The notes under the pieces are model-generated. The model did no database searches. It saw only the letters and a list, made by a program, of their open reading frames with translations, and was not told where the DNA came from. A stretch of 56,249 bases of DNA. Source: Candidatus Kaiserbacteria bacterium (GTDB taxonomy: Bacteria > Patescibacteriota > Minisyncoccia > Phycocordibacterales > UBA2100). Each line of letters opens with the position of its first letter. The stretch's first letter is position 1. This document shows, in pieces, positions 1-7,927 of this stretch. The translations under genes and the position numbers were made by a program. The stretch covers positions 1 through 56,249 of the forward strand of contig JACPLC010000009.1 of the NCBI GenBank assembly GCA_016186695.1, read 5' to 3'.

Positions 1-1
1 C

Positions 2-184
2 ACGAAGGATAATCCAATAACCGTTGCGTTCCCTCTGGTGGCAGACAAAGTCTACATTCAGATGACGATGCAGGGTACACAGGGCGATACGCTCAACTTC
101 AGTCTCAACAAGCTGACACCTGAAGAGCTTGAGCTCACCTACATGGATCGCGGAGGAGTCTTGCGCTTCAAGAGCGTTCAATAA
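2..184 (+). CDS. 3' end of upstream gene (hypothetical protein, C-terminal ~60 aa)
   Basis: Frame open from the window edge to TAA at 182-184 (...LNKLTPEELELTYMDRGGVLRFKSVQ*). No family recognised. Confidence 0.4.
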   Translation, partial: TKDNPITVAFPLVADKVYIQMTMQGTQGDTLNFSLNKLTPEELELTYMDRGGVLRFKSVQ

Positions 185-194
185 ACAGGCGGTT

Positions 195-236
195 CCCCTC
201 CTTCGCTCCTGCGGAGCTACGGACGGGCAGGCGCCG
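195..236. repeat. Family-B GC-rich repeat, truncated intergenic copy
   Basis: cccctccttcgctcctgcggagctacggacgggcaggcgccg shares the ccctccttcgc...gctacggacggg core with the copies inside uvrA, carA and carB. Confidence 0.6.
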
Positions 237-274
237 CATGCTCGTGCAAACCCCGCCTCTCGGCGGGGTTTGTG

Positions 275-303
275 TTGACACACGTGTTTCTATCTGCTAC
301 TAT
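275..303 (+). promoter_or_regulatory. sigma70-type promoter TTGACA-17-TACTAT
   Basis: TTGACA at 275-280, 17-nt spacer, TACTAT at 298-303. Confidence 0.55.
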
Positions 304-581
304 TGCGCGGTCAGACAGTCTCCATTGGTTTTTGTCTTGGGAGATCCAAGGCCGCCCCGAAGTACTAGGGCGAACCTCCCGAGATCGTTCGACAAAATTT
401 TAGCCCCGCCTCGGCGGGGAAAGCCCGTACATCGGGCATACCCGGTAGGACAATTTCGAATGGCCTTGATGAACACGTATCAACGCTCGTAAGAAATGTC
501 CTACCAACGCAGTGATGCAAAACATATCACAGACATCCAGCGGCAAGAATTATTCGAAATTGTACTAACCGGGCATATACA
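304..581 (+). promoter_or_regulatory. Long structured 5' leader of the DEAD-box helicase gene
   Basis: No credible ORF. Segment 441-461 can pair with 493-505 or with 552-573. Small GC hairpins at 404-419 and 423-437. Confidence 0.45.
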
Positions 582-1808
582 ATGACTACGTCCTTCACAT
601 CTCGAAGAGCGCCGAGCCGCGGGCGTTTTTCTCATTCACGTTCACGGCACTCCGGAGGAGGCTCCTTCAGGCATGCGCCACGCCGGCAGAGGCCCGCACA
701 GAAAGTGCGCATCGACGTCTCTCGCTTCATCAACAAAGGTCCGATCGTAGAGGCAGAGATGCGCTTCACGCCGGAGAATCCTTTCGACTCGCTTCCTATT
801 GATGCGCGCATCAAACACACGATCGCGCAGAAAGGGTATACGACGCCGACGCCTATTCAGGATCAGGCAATCATGCACATTCTGCGTGGGCGCGACATCG
901 TCGGCATCGCAAACACGGGAACGGGAAAAACCGGCGCCTTTCTTATCCCGCTCCTCGACAAGGTCGTGAAAAATAGGAGCGAGCGCGTCCTCATTATCGT
1001 GCCGACGCGCGAGCTTGCACTCCAGATCGACGAGGAGTTCCAGAGCTTTTCGCACGGGTCGGGCTTTCTCTCTGTATGCGTTGTCGGCGGGGCCAACATC
1101 AACCCGCAGATCCATCGTATGCGCAAAGATCCGTTCTTCGTGATAGGAACGCCGGGGCGTCTCAAGGATCTCATGGAGCGGCGCGTGCTTGATCTTTCGA
1201 AATTTCGCACTGTCGTACTCGATGAAGCCGACCGCATGCTCGACATGGGTTTCATCAGAGACATGCGCTTCATCATCTCGCATATGCCAAAGGTGCGGCA
1301 CACGCTCTTTTTCTCTGCGACCCTTTCACGCGACATAGAGGCTCTGATCGGCGATTTTCTCACTAATCCCGTGCGCGTTTCAGTAAAGACGGGCGAGACG
1401 GCTCACGGCGTACATCAGGACATTGTGCGTATTGAGAACGGAAAGACGAAACTTGACGTCCTGCACGATCTGCTTTCACAGCCGGAATTCACGAAGGTGC
1501 TCGTTTTCGGTCGCACCAAGCACGGCGTCGAAAAACTCTCGAAGATGTTGAAACAGCGGGGCATACCGGCCGAATCTATTCACGGCAACAAGACCCAGAA
1601 CAAGCGCCAAGCGGCCCTCGCGCTTTTTAAGGACAATCGTGTGCAGGTCCTCGTCGCGACCGATGTCGCCGCTCGCGGCATCGATGTTGAGGATGTCACA
1701 CACGTTATCAACTACGACCTTCCGACGACCTACGACGACTACGTACACCGCATCGGCCGCACCGGCAGGGCGGGGAAGCGCGGTAAGGCGCTCACCTTCG
1801 TGGAATAG
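582..1808 (+). CDS. DEAD-box ATP-dependent RNA helicase with Arg/Ser-rich N-terminal extension
   Basis: Q-motif region, Walker A NTGTGKTGAF, VLDEADRMLDMGF (DEAD), SAT, HRIGRTGRAG. Confidence 0.92.
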   Translation: MTTSFTSRRAPSRGRFSHSRSRHSGGGSFRHAPRRQRPAQKVRIDVSRFINKGPIVEAEMRFTPENPFDSLPIDARIKHTIAQKGYTTPTPIQDQAIMHILRGRDIVGIANTGTGKTGAFLIPLLDKVVKNRSERVLIIVPTRELALQIDEEFQSFSHGSGFLSVCVVGGANINPQIHRMRKDPFFVIGTPGRLKDLMERRVLDLSKFRTVVLDEADRMLDMGFIRDMRFIISHMPKVRHTLFFSATLSRDIEALIGDFLTNPVRVSVKTGETAHGVHQDIVRIENGKTKLDVLHDLLSQPEFTKVLVFGRTKHGVEKLSKMLKQRGIPAESIHGNKTQNKRQAALALFKDNRVQVLVATDVAARGIDVEDVTHVINYDLPTTYDDYVHRIGRTGRAGKRGKALTFVE

Positions 1809-1833
1809 TTCGACAAGCTCATCACAAGTAACT

Positions 1834-1983
1834 ATGGCAAAAACTTTTCACAAAGACGGCAAGTGGATAGACAACCCGAATGAGCCGGCGGTCGTCGTGT
1901 GTGCCTGCGGCAACAAGTACATCAAGACGCGCGAAGAGCAAAACGGATGCCTTCGCTGTTTCGTCAAACGAAAACATGAGTAG
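1834..1983 (+). CDS. Small zinc-ribbon-like protein (49 aa)
   Basis: MAKTFHKDGKW...CACGNKY...CLRCF carries a CxC...CxxC pattern. ATG at 1834 lies in the gap after the helicase gene. Confidence 0.4.
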   Translation: MAKTFHKDGKWIDNPNEPAVVVCACGNKYIKTREEQNGCLRCFVKRKHE

Positions 1984-2263
1984 GCCTGCGCGCGTTCGTG
2001 ACGACGCACCGAAGCGGGAAAAGTTTGATTTCGAGACCATGAAAGCCGCGGCGGCGAACAAAGATCCCGCTATCCGAAAACAGGCGTTCATCGAATATTT
2101 TGAGCGGTTCACGGAATTCCCTTCGTACCTCTTCGACAACGAGCAAAAGATAGATGAACGCCTATACGAGACGATGCAGGACCTTCTCAAAGATCCGACA
2201 ACCACAAAGGAAATGCACGAAGGTATCCTCGCGCTTTTAGACAGGCTTCCTTCGAAAAGCTAA
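1976..2263 (+). CDS. Hypothetical protein (95 aa)
   Basis: ATG at 1976 overlaps the preceding stop (ATGAGTAG). Helical, charged sequence with no family recognised. Confidence 0.4.
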   Translation: MSRPARVRDDAPKREKFDFETMKAAAANKDPAIRKQAFIEYFERFTEFPSYLFDNEQKIDERLYETMQDLLKDPTTTKEMHEGILALLDRLPSKS

Positions 2264-2277
2264 GGTATACTCATTGT

Positions 2278-2391
2278 ATGGCAAAACGGGCAAGTCAGGA
2301 CATCAAGCGCAAGAAATCGCGCTCACGAAAGACAAAAAAGCGCTTGGAGGCGAAGCGGCAGATGCTTATCGCAAAAGGCTACAGGTGGTAG
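2278..2391 (+). CDS. Small highly basic protein (37 aa)
   Basis: MAKRASQDIKRKKSRSRKTKKRLEAKRQMLIAKGYRW. TATACT at 2266-2271 lies 6 nt upstream of the ATG. Confidence 0.3.
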   Translation: MAKRASQDIKRKKSRSRKTKKRLEAKRQMLIAKGYRW

Positions 2392-2394
2392 TCT

Positions 2395-2697
2395 TTGTTC
2401 GTGGCGAAAAAGTATACCGTAAAAGGAAAAGTATGGCTGTGGCCGGGTGAGCAGGGTGCGTGGCATTTTGTGCACATCGATAAAAAGACGTCGGAAACGA
2501 TAAAAGAGAAACACACCAGAGTGCGACGGGGTTTTGGCTCGGTGCGCGTAATTGCGACGATAGGGAAGACGAGTTGGAAAACATCCATCTTTCCCGACAG
2601 GCGCTCCGGTACCTATCTTCTCCCGCTAAAAGCATCCGTCCGCAACGCCGAGGGTATCGCCGAAGGCGACAGTATCACGTTTAGCCTCGATATGTAG
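2395..2697 (+). CDS. DUF1905-family protein
   Basis: WHFVHIDKKTSE...GFGSVRVIATIGKTSWKTSIFPD...YLLPLKASVR...GD pattern typical of DUF1905. TTG/GTG start. Confidence 0.65.
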   Translation: MFVAKKYTVKGKVWLWPGEQGAWHFVHIDKKTSETIKEKHTRVRRGFGSVRVIATIGKTSWKTSIFPDRRSGTYLLPLKASVRNAEGIAEGDSITFSLDM

Positions 2698-2727
2698 CCT
2701 ACTCCAGCAAGTCGGGGACCACTGCCA

Positions 2728-2928
2728 TCAGGCCGAGCACTCCTTGCAGCGGCCCTTGTGGGTCACGACCTCGTAGATGGCGGCGACGCCGACCAAAATG
2801 TACACGATCTGTGCGATCGAACCTCCGAGGATTGCGGGGATAATGCTGTAGCCCAAGAGTCCCTCTATTCCCCACGCGAGTCCGCCGACGACGAGGAGAA
2901 TGAATGCGGCCATGTGTGCGTATTTCAT
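2728..2928 (-). CDS. DUF378-family small membrane protein
   Basis: ILLVVGGLAWGIEGLLGYSII...IVYILVGVAAIY matches the DUF378 (YuzA-like) pattern. Two TM helices. Confidence 0.7.
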   Translation of the reverse strand: MKYAHMAAFILLVVGGLAWGIEGLLGYSIIPAILGGSIAQIVYILVGVAAIYEVVTHKGRCKECSA

Positions 2929-3049
2929 GTTGCCTGTTGTTACTCACTGACTGCTAAATACCAGTCGACCTTTCTGACAAAGTGTACCGCTTCGGAGCGC
3001 CAACAGAGATCGCGGTGTGCATAAGTTCCTGATAGGGTATACTTTTTCC

Positions 3050-3808
3050 ATGAGCAAATGGGCGTACGCCCTCGTTGGAGTAGTAGTGCTTGGGGTTGGT
3101 GGCTTTGCCGTATTCTACCTAGGCACGGGCTCGTCATCTTTTGATGAGGACGCAGCGCTTCGGGAGACTGGCGCGTGTCAGGCGAAGTGCCGCGATCAAT
3201 ATGGTGGCAGTGGCTCCGCGGGGTTTGATGCGTGCATACGTGGATGCGGCGAGGGTGGAGTGCTACGCGAAGAATGTCCTTCTGACAGGCCCGCATGTCC
3301 AGCGGGGGAATCGGTTGTGTGTCGCCGAGGTGTCTGGTACTGCATCGACACAAGCCGCGTCTTCCCCGAGACGAATAATCCGACTCCCACGGCCTCTCCG
3401 GCACCTGCTCCCACACCGACACCGACGGGAGCTCGGACTCCGAGCTCCACACAGCAGCCTCCAGCATTACTTCCGCCGCCCGCTCCCTCGCCCACGCCGC
3501 CACCGCCGCAACCGCCTGCTCCAGCTCCAGAACCACCCTCTCCGCCGCCGCCTCCGGCGCCAGCGACGGTGAATGTCACGATCGAACATTTCGCCTTTTC
3601 TCCCTCGACGGTAACTGTCAATGCGGGCGATACGGTTGTCTTTACCAACAAGGATGCAGTCGGCCACACCGCGACGAAAACCGGTGCGTTCGACACCGGC
3701 ATCATCACCGAAGGGCAATCGAAGTCGCTCGTATTTGCGCAGAAAGGAACCTTCGACTACTTCTGCGATCCGCATCCATACATGCGCGGTACTGTCATTG
3801 TCGAGTAA
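3050..3808 (+). CDS. Membrane-anchored cupredoxin (plastocyanin/azurin-like type-1 copper protein) with Cys-rich and Pro-rich regions
   Basis: N-terminal TM helix, 10-Cys region, PAPAPTPTP...PPPPAP linker. C-terminal ligand pattern H(TAT)...FCDPHPYM (His, Cys, His, Met). Confidence 0.7.
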   Translation: MSKWAYALVGVVVLGVGGFAVFYLGTGSSSFDEDAALRETGACQAKCRDQYGGSGSAGFDACIRGCGEGGVLREECPSDRPACPAGESVVCRRGVWYCIDTSRVFPETNNPTPTASPAPAPTPTPTGARTPSSTQQPPALLPPPAPSPTPPPPQPPAPAPEPPSPPPPPAPATVNVTIEHFAFSPSTVTVNAGDTVVFTNKDAVGHTATKTGAFDTGIITEGQSKSLVFAQKGTFDYFCDPHPYMRGTVIVE

Positions 3809-3824
3809 GTTGGAATAAAGCCGT

Positions 3825-4244
3825 ATGAATAAAGTAGTTATTGGAGTCGTTGTGATTATCATTATCGCTATCGGAGCATGGTACGTCTTGGGTGCTCAAA
3901 AGGCAGAAGCGCCGACGACGAGCGGCTACGCGTGGCAATTTACCGAGCTTCCGGAAAGTGCTACAGCTCCCGACATGCCAAGAACGGGTGTCGTGTTGGA
4001 GGCCGCGGGTAAAACGTACGTTGTAGGAGAATTCGACGGTTCGTGTTTCGTGATCGAGGAATCCGAATGGGAACTCGTGGAGGGTGAGAAATCGGGCGTC
4101 ATCTGCTGGTGGGCAGGCGGTGGCAGCGAAGTCGGCATCTTCGAAGAAAGTGGAAAGATAGCCGTCAAGGTAGGGCAGCTCGACGAAGGCACCGCCGAAG
4201 GCGGCGGCATCCGCGGCAACTTCCAGCTTCTTTTTGAAATTTGA
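3825..4244 (+). CDS. Hypothetical membrane-anchored protein
   Basis: N-terminal TM helix (VVIGVVVIIIIAIGAWYVL) followed by an acidic soluble domain. No family recognised. Confidence 0.5.
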   Translation: MNKVVIGVVVIIIIAIGAWYVLGAQKAEAPTTSGYAWQFTELPESATAPDMPRTGVVLEAAGKTYVVGEFDGSCFVIEESEWELVEGEKSGVICWWAGGGSEVGIFEESGKIAVKVGQLDEGTAEGGGIRGNFQLLFEI

Positions 4245-4309
4245 CACCTGCCTGCCGCAGGCAGGCTTTGACAAAGTATCTCAAAACCGGTACTCTTTTG
4301 GCTTACTAT

Positions 4310-5710
4310 ATGGCCAAAAAAGGCTTTAAAGTTGTCAAGTTCGGCGGTACCTCGATGGGCTCCAAGGAAGCGATCGAACGGGTGATCTCCATTGTCAGCA
4401 AGCCGCAAAAGCCCGCCCGACCGAACGGTCGTTCGGGCGGGGATGCGCGCATTGTCGCTGTTGTCGTTTCCGCGATGAGCGGTGTTACCGATCAGCTGAT
4501 CAAGATTGCCAGCGTTGCATCGCATAAGGATCCATCGTACAAAAAACTGCTCACAAGGCTCGAGCGGCGTCACCTTGAGACGCTGAACAAGCTCGTAAAC
4601 GCAAAAAATCGCGCGCACTCCCAAGAAGTCATTCACCGGACGTTCCGCTACCTCAATGAAGCGGTGACGGGTGTTGCACTCATGCGTGATCTTTCACCAC
4701 AAACGTTTGATTACGTCGTGAGCTATGGTGAACGTCTTTCTGCACATCTGCTCACAGAAGTGTTGAACGACAGGGGCATTGCATGTGAATATTTGAACGC
4801 ACGCAAAGTGATAACGACGGACGATCATTTCGGCGCGGCGTTTGTGGATTTCAAAACGACGAATGTAAATATCAAAAAGTATTTTCGCGCTCACAGGAAA
4901 CTCCAAATCGTGACGGGCTACATCGGTGCAACGCGCGACAAGAAAACGACGACGCTTGGACGCGGCGGGAGCGATTACAGCGCGGCAATTTTTGGTGCTG
5001 CGCTCGGAGCGAAGGCCATAGAAATTTGGACGGATGTTTCGGGCGTGTATACCGCCGATCCGCGGTTGGTGAAAGGTGCCAAGGTCGTACCGGAGCTTGC
5101 GTTCGAAGAAGCGGGGGAGCTCGCCTACTTTGGCGCGAAGGTCTTGCATCCAAAAACCATTTTGCCGGCGATGCGCGAGAAGATCCCCGTGCGCGTGTTG
5201 AATACGTTCAGACCTTCCGACAAGGGGACAACGATCGTCGCGGGCTTCGCCGAGCGCCGAAGCCGTAGCCACACGGTGGAGGCGCTTACGTTCAAGCGTC
5301 CTGTAATCGTTATCCACCTGCATTCTCCCGAATTTTTCGACTCGAACGGCTTGATGGCAGGGATATTTGAAGTATTCGACCGCTATCGCACGAGCATCGA
5401 CATCGTGGCGACGTCTGTCGCGGGCGTTTCTCTCACCATCGACGACGACAAGCATCTTCTCGAGATCGTGCGGGGTCTCAAAAAGTATGGAGATGTCAGC
5501 GTCGAGTGGAGGAAAGCTATTGTGTGTGCCGTGGGAGGAAGTGTGAATGCCGCGGGTGTCGCGGGCAAAATGTTCACGGTGCTCGGGAAGCGCGGGATTC
5601 CTGTCGAGCTTATTTCGCAAGCTGCCTCAGGCGTCTCGATCACATTTGTCGTTCGCGAACGCGACGCCGAAAAGGCGCTCAAAGTTCTGCACCGCGAGTA
5701 CATACGGTGA
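4310..5710 (+). CDS. lysC: Aspartate kinase
   Basis: VVKFGGTSMGS signature, amino-acid-kinase fold motifs and C-terminal ACT-like region. Promoter TTGACA (4268-4273)-17-TACTCT upstream. Confidence 0.9.
   Translation: MAKKGFKVVKFGGTSMGSKEAIERVISIVSKPQKPARPNGRSGGDARIVAVVVSAMSGVTDQLIKIASVASHKDPSYKKLLTRLERRHLETLNKLVNAKNRAHSQEVIHRTFRYLNEAVTGVALMRDLSPQTFDYVVSYGERLSAHLLTEVLNDRGIACEYLNARKVITTDDHFGAAFVDFKTTNVNIKKYFRAHRKLQIVTGYIGATRDKKTTTLGRGGSDYSAAIFGAALGAKAIEIWTDVSGVYTADPRLVKGAKVVPELAFEEAGELAYFGAKVLHPKTILPAMREKIPVRVLNTFRPSDKGTTIVAGFAERRSRSHTVEALTFKRPVIVIHLHSPEFFDSNGLMAGIFEVFDRYRTSIDIVATSVAGVSLTIDDDKHLLEIVRGLKKYGDVSVEWRKAIVCAVGGSVNAAGVAGKMFTVLGKRGIPVELISQAASGVSITFVVRERDAEKALKVLHREYIR
4412..4442. repeat. 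Family-A hairpin repeat inserted in frame in lysC
   Basis: cccgcccgaccgaacggtcgttcgggcgggg encodes ...PARPNGRSGG... at a position where aspartokinases run straight into the VVVSAM motif. Confidence 0.75.
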
Positions 5711-5897
5711 TCGCTCGGAGATATTGCATTGTTCGGGTCGCGTCCGTGCGTACTCGCACGGCGCTCCCGCTCGCCCCGTCGGGCTGCGCGAAGACCCTCA
5801 CAACGCAATACCTCCTCGCTAGAAATTGAGGGGGGACGAAGACTCCAAAACGCTCATGCCTGCTCGCTTCGAAGTCTAAATAGTGTATAAATCAGAT

Positions 5898-6986
5898 ATG
5901 AAAAAAATTCCTGTTGGGATACTTGGCGCCACCGGGATGGTCGGGCAGAAGTATGTCCAGCTTCTTGAGAATCATCCGTGGTTTGAGGTCGCCTACGTGG
6001 CCGCCTCGCCGCAATCCGCTGGGAAGAAGTACAAGGATGCACTCAAGAACGGCTGGCTCGTCGGTGGAAACATTCCGGAGAGTGTTGCAAGTCTCATCGT
6101 CGAAGATGTGAGCGACGTTGCGAAGGCTGCTAAAAAATGTGCATTTGTCTTCTCGGCCTTCGAGATGCCCGATAAGGACATGATTCGGAAGTACGAGGAG
6201 GCATATGCAGCGGCCGGCTACCCCGTTTTTTCCAACGCATCCGCGCATCGCGCGACGGAGGATGTGCCGATGCTCATTCCCGAGATCAATCCGCAGCATC
6301 TCGACATTATTCCAATACAGCAAAAACGGCGCGGCTGGGAAAAAGGGTTCATCGTTGTGAAGCCTAATTGCAGTATTCAGAGCTACATCGCTCCCATTTT
6401 CGCGCTTTTGCAGGCGGGCTACGAGGTACAGAAGCTCATCGTGACGACGATGCAGGCGGTTTCGGGTGCGGGGTATCCGGGCGTTGCAAGCTGGGACATT
6501 ATCGACAATGTTGTTCCGTATATCGTCGGCGAAGAAGATAAGACACAGTTCGAGCCCTACAAGATATTCGGTGAGATCAAAGGAGGAAAGATTGTCCCGC
6601 GGAAGACCATCGAAATTTCTGCGACATGCACGCGTGTTCCCGTTTCCGACGGCCACACCGCTGTCGTCTCGCTCGAATTTGAGAAGAAAAAACCGAGCCG
6701 CGAAAAGATTATCGAGATCTGGCGCTCGTTCAGAGGTGAACCGCAGAAACTCGAGCTTCCGTTTGCGCCGATTCAGCCGATTATCTACCGCGAGGAGCCC
6801 GACAGGCCACAGCCGAGAAAAGATAGGGATGCCGACAAAGGCATGGCCGTCACCGTGGGTCGCTTGCGCGAGGACAACGTCTTCGATTTCAAATTCGTTT
6901 CTCTCTCGCACAACACGATCCGCGGCGCCGCCGGCGGCGGCATCCTGAACGCCGAGCTTGCGTTTAAGAAGGGGTACCTTCCATAA
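5898..6986 (+). CDS. asd: Aspartate-semialdehyde dehydrogenase
   Basis: [14 protein letters not shown](P) motif, active-site region KPNCSIQ, C-terminal [13 protein letters not shown]. Confidence 0.9.
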   Translation: MKKIPVGILGATGMVGQKYVQLLENHPWFEVAYVAASPQSAGKKYKDALKNGWLVGGNIPESVASLIVEDVSDVAKAAKKCAFVFSAFEMPDKDMIRKYEEAYAAAGYPVFSNASAHRATEDVPMLIPEINPQHLDIIPIQQKRRGWEKGFIVVKPNCSIQSYIAPIFALLQAGYEVQKLIVTTMQAVSGAGYPGVASWDIIDNVVPYIVGEEDKTQFEPYKIFGEIKGGKIVPRKTIEISATCTRVPVSDGHTAVVSLEFEKKKPSREKIIEIWRSFRGEPQKLELPFAPIQPIIYREEPDRPQPRKDRDADKGMAVTVGRLREDNVFDFKFVSLSHNTIRGAAGGGILNAELAFKKGYLP

Positions 6987-7713
6987 GGTTTCGATTCCGC
7001 TTCTCGATTATTTCGAGGAGTTCCGCAGGCGCGATATTGAGATTTGTCTGCAAAGCGTGCACCGCAGCCTCAGTAATACCGCCCTTTGTCGCCATCTTTT
7101 TCAGAAGTTCTCGAGGATCTCCGGTTGGTATAAGTGACTGCAAGAGCTTAGGTTCGATCTTGAGGCGTTCGGCTATGTATCGCAAATGTGGCTCGGGATC
7201 TATTCGACCGATTCCGTTATTAGCACACAGAAAAACAACGATGATCTGTACAGTCCCAAGAACAAACGTATCGAATGCTTGTTCGTCTTCGAAATTCAAT
7301 GTTGTCTCCGCCAAGTTACCAAACAACCATTCATACCCTTTGTCGCTGAATCCAGTTCCCTTGACGAATGCAGCGAATTTCATCGCGGGGTCAGCAATGC
7401 CGCGGGCTGCCGGCCTTCCGGAACATTCCTCAAGAACTTGGAGCGGCACTCCCGCTGCAAACGAAAGTACCCGGGCGTCGGGCAGTAAATGTCGTTTGAT
7501 ACCGTGCCGCGGATCAGTAAAGAGTTGCTTTACATACCGAGGCTATACGCTGACAACGACGAGATTTGAACGAGCGGCGATCTCCGGATTGTGGTCTTTA
7601 TCCGCAGTGCCTAGGATTTTTGCGCTGGAAGGTTTTATATCCTCAAAGCGCCGGACAAGCGCTGTTCCGAGGTGTCCTTGTGCCCCAAAGAGGCCGATGT
7701 GTTCCTTCGGCAT
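6964..7713 (-). pseudogene. proC: Pyrroline-5-carboxylate reductase-like gene interrupted by one in-frame TAG
   Basis: ORFs 7543-7785(-) and 6964-7449(-) share one frame, joined across TAG (plus-strand cta at 7543-7545). IGLFGAQGHLG Rossmann motif, VVVSV*P (cf. AVKP), LSFAAGV, ATKGGITEAAV (cf. SPGGTT). Confidence 0.65.
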
Positions 7714-7799
7714 ATCTTCGATCCGGCGGTCACCTTGTTGCGATACACGTCTGACCTTTTCCACCATTTCTACATCATAGCTCAATGAACCGAGGGGGG

Positions 7800-7927
7800 T
7801 ATAATGCCCACGCTATGCCTGAACACACGAAATGGCATCACACTAGTCGTGTAGTACGTAGATATTCTGCCGTAGTTCAGAGACATCCGATAATAGTTAT
7901 CAAATCGAATATGGCATTGCAGAGACA
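7800..7927 (+). promoter_or_regulatory. TATAAT box plus structured leader of zwf-gnd
   Basis: TATAAT at 7800-7805. 7824-7838 is the perfect reverse complement of 7928-7942. Hairpin 7911-7919/7926-7934. Confidence 0.45.

Noticed and set aside
250-270. Hairpin caaaccccgcc-tctc-ggcggggtttg after the first partial gene, as a further mobile repeat (a similar ccccgcctcggcgggg lies at 404-419).
   Set aside because: Only about 7-bp GC stems are shared. The first is adequately explained as the terminator of the upstream gene and the second as a leader hairpin. There is not enough similarity to call a family.
303-580. Short stretches resembling RNase P RNA (ggtcagacagtc; ggaaagcccg; cccggtagg; ggccttgatgaa), suggesting an rnpB gene.
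   Set aside because: The matches are short and out of order relative to bacterial RNase P (the GGAAAG(U)CCGG-like P4 strand should be near the 5' end). No ACAGAANCCGGCUUA-like 3' P4 strand is present, and the region is too short. It is better explained as a structured mRNA leader. A covariance-model scan would settle it.
3196-3708. 170-aa Gly-rich minus-strand ORF, and similar ones at 53729-54424.
   Set aside because: They are mirror images of the Pro-rich linkers of the cupredoxin and of the large surface protein (CCN codons read as GGN on the other strand).
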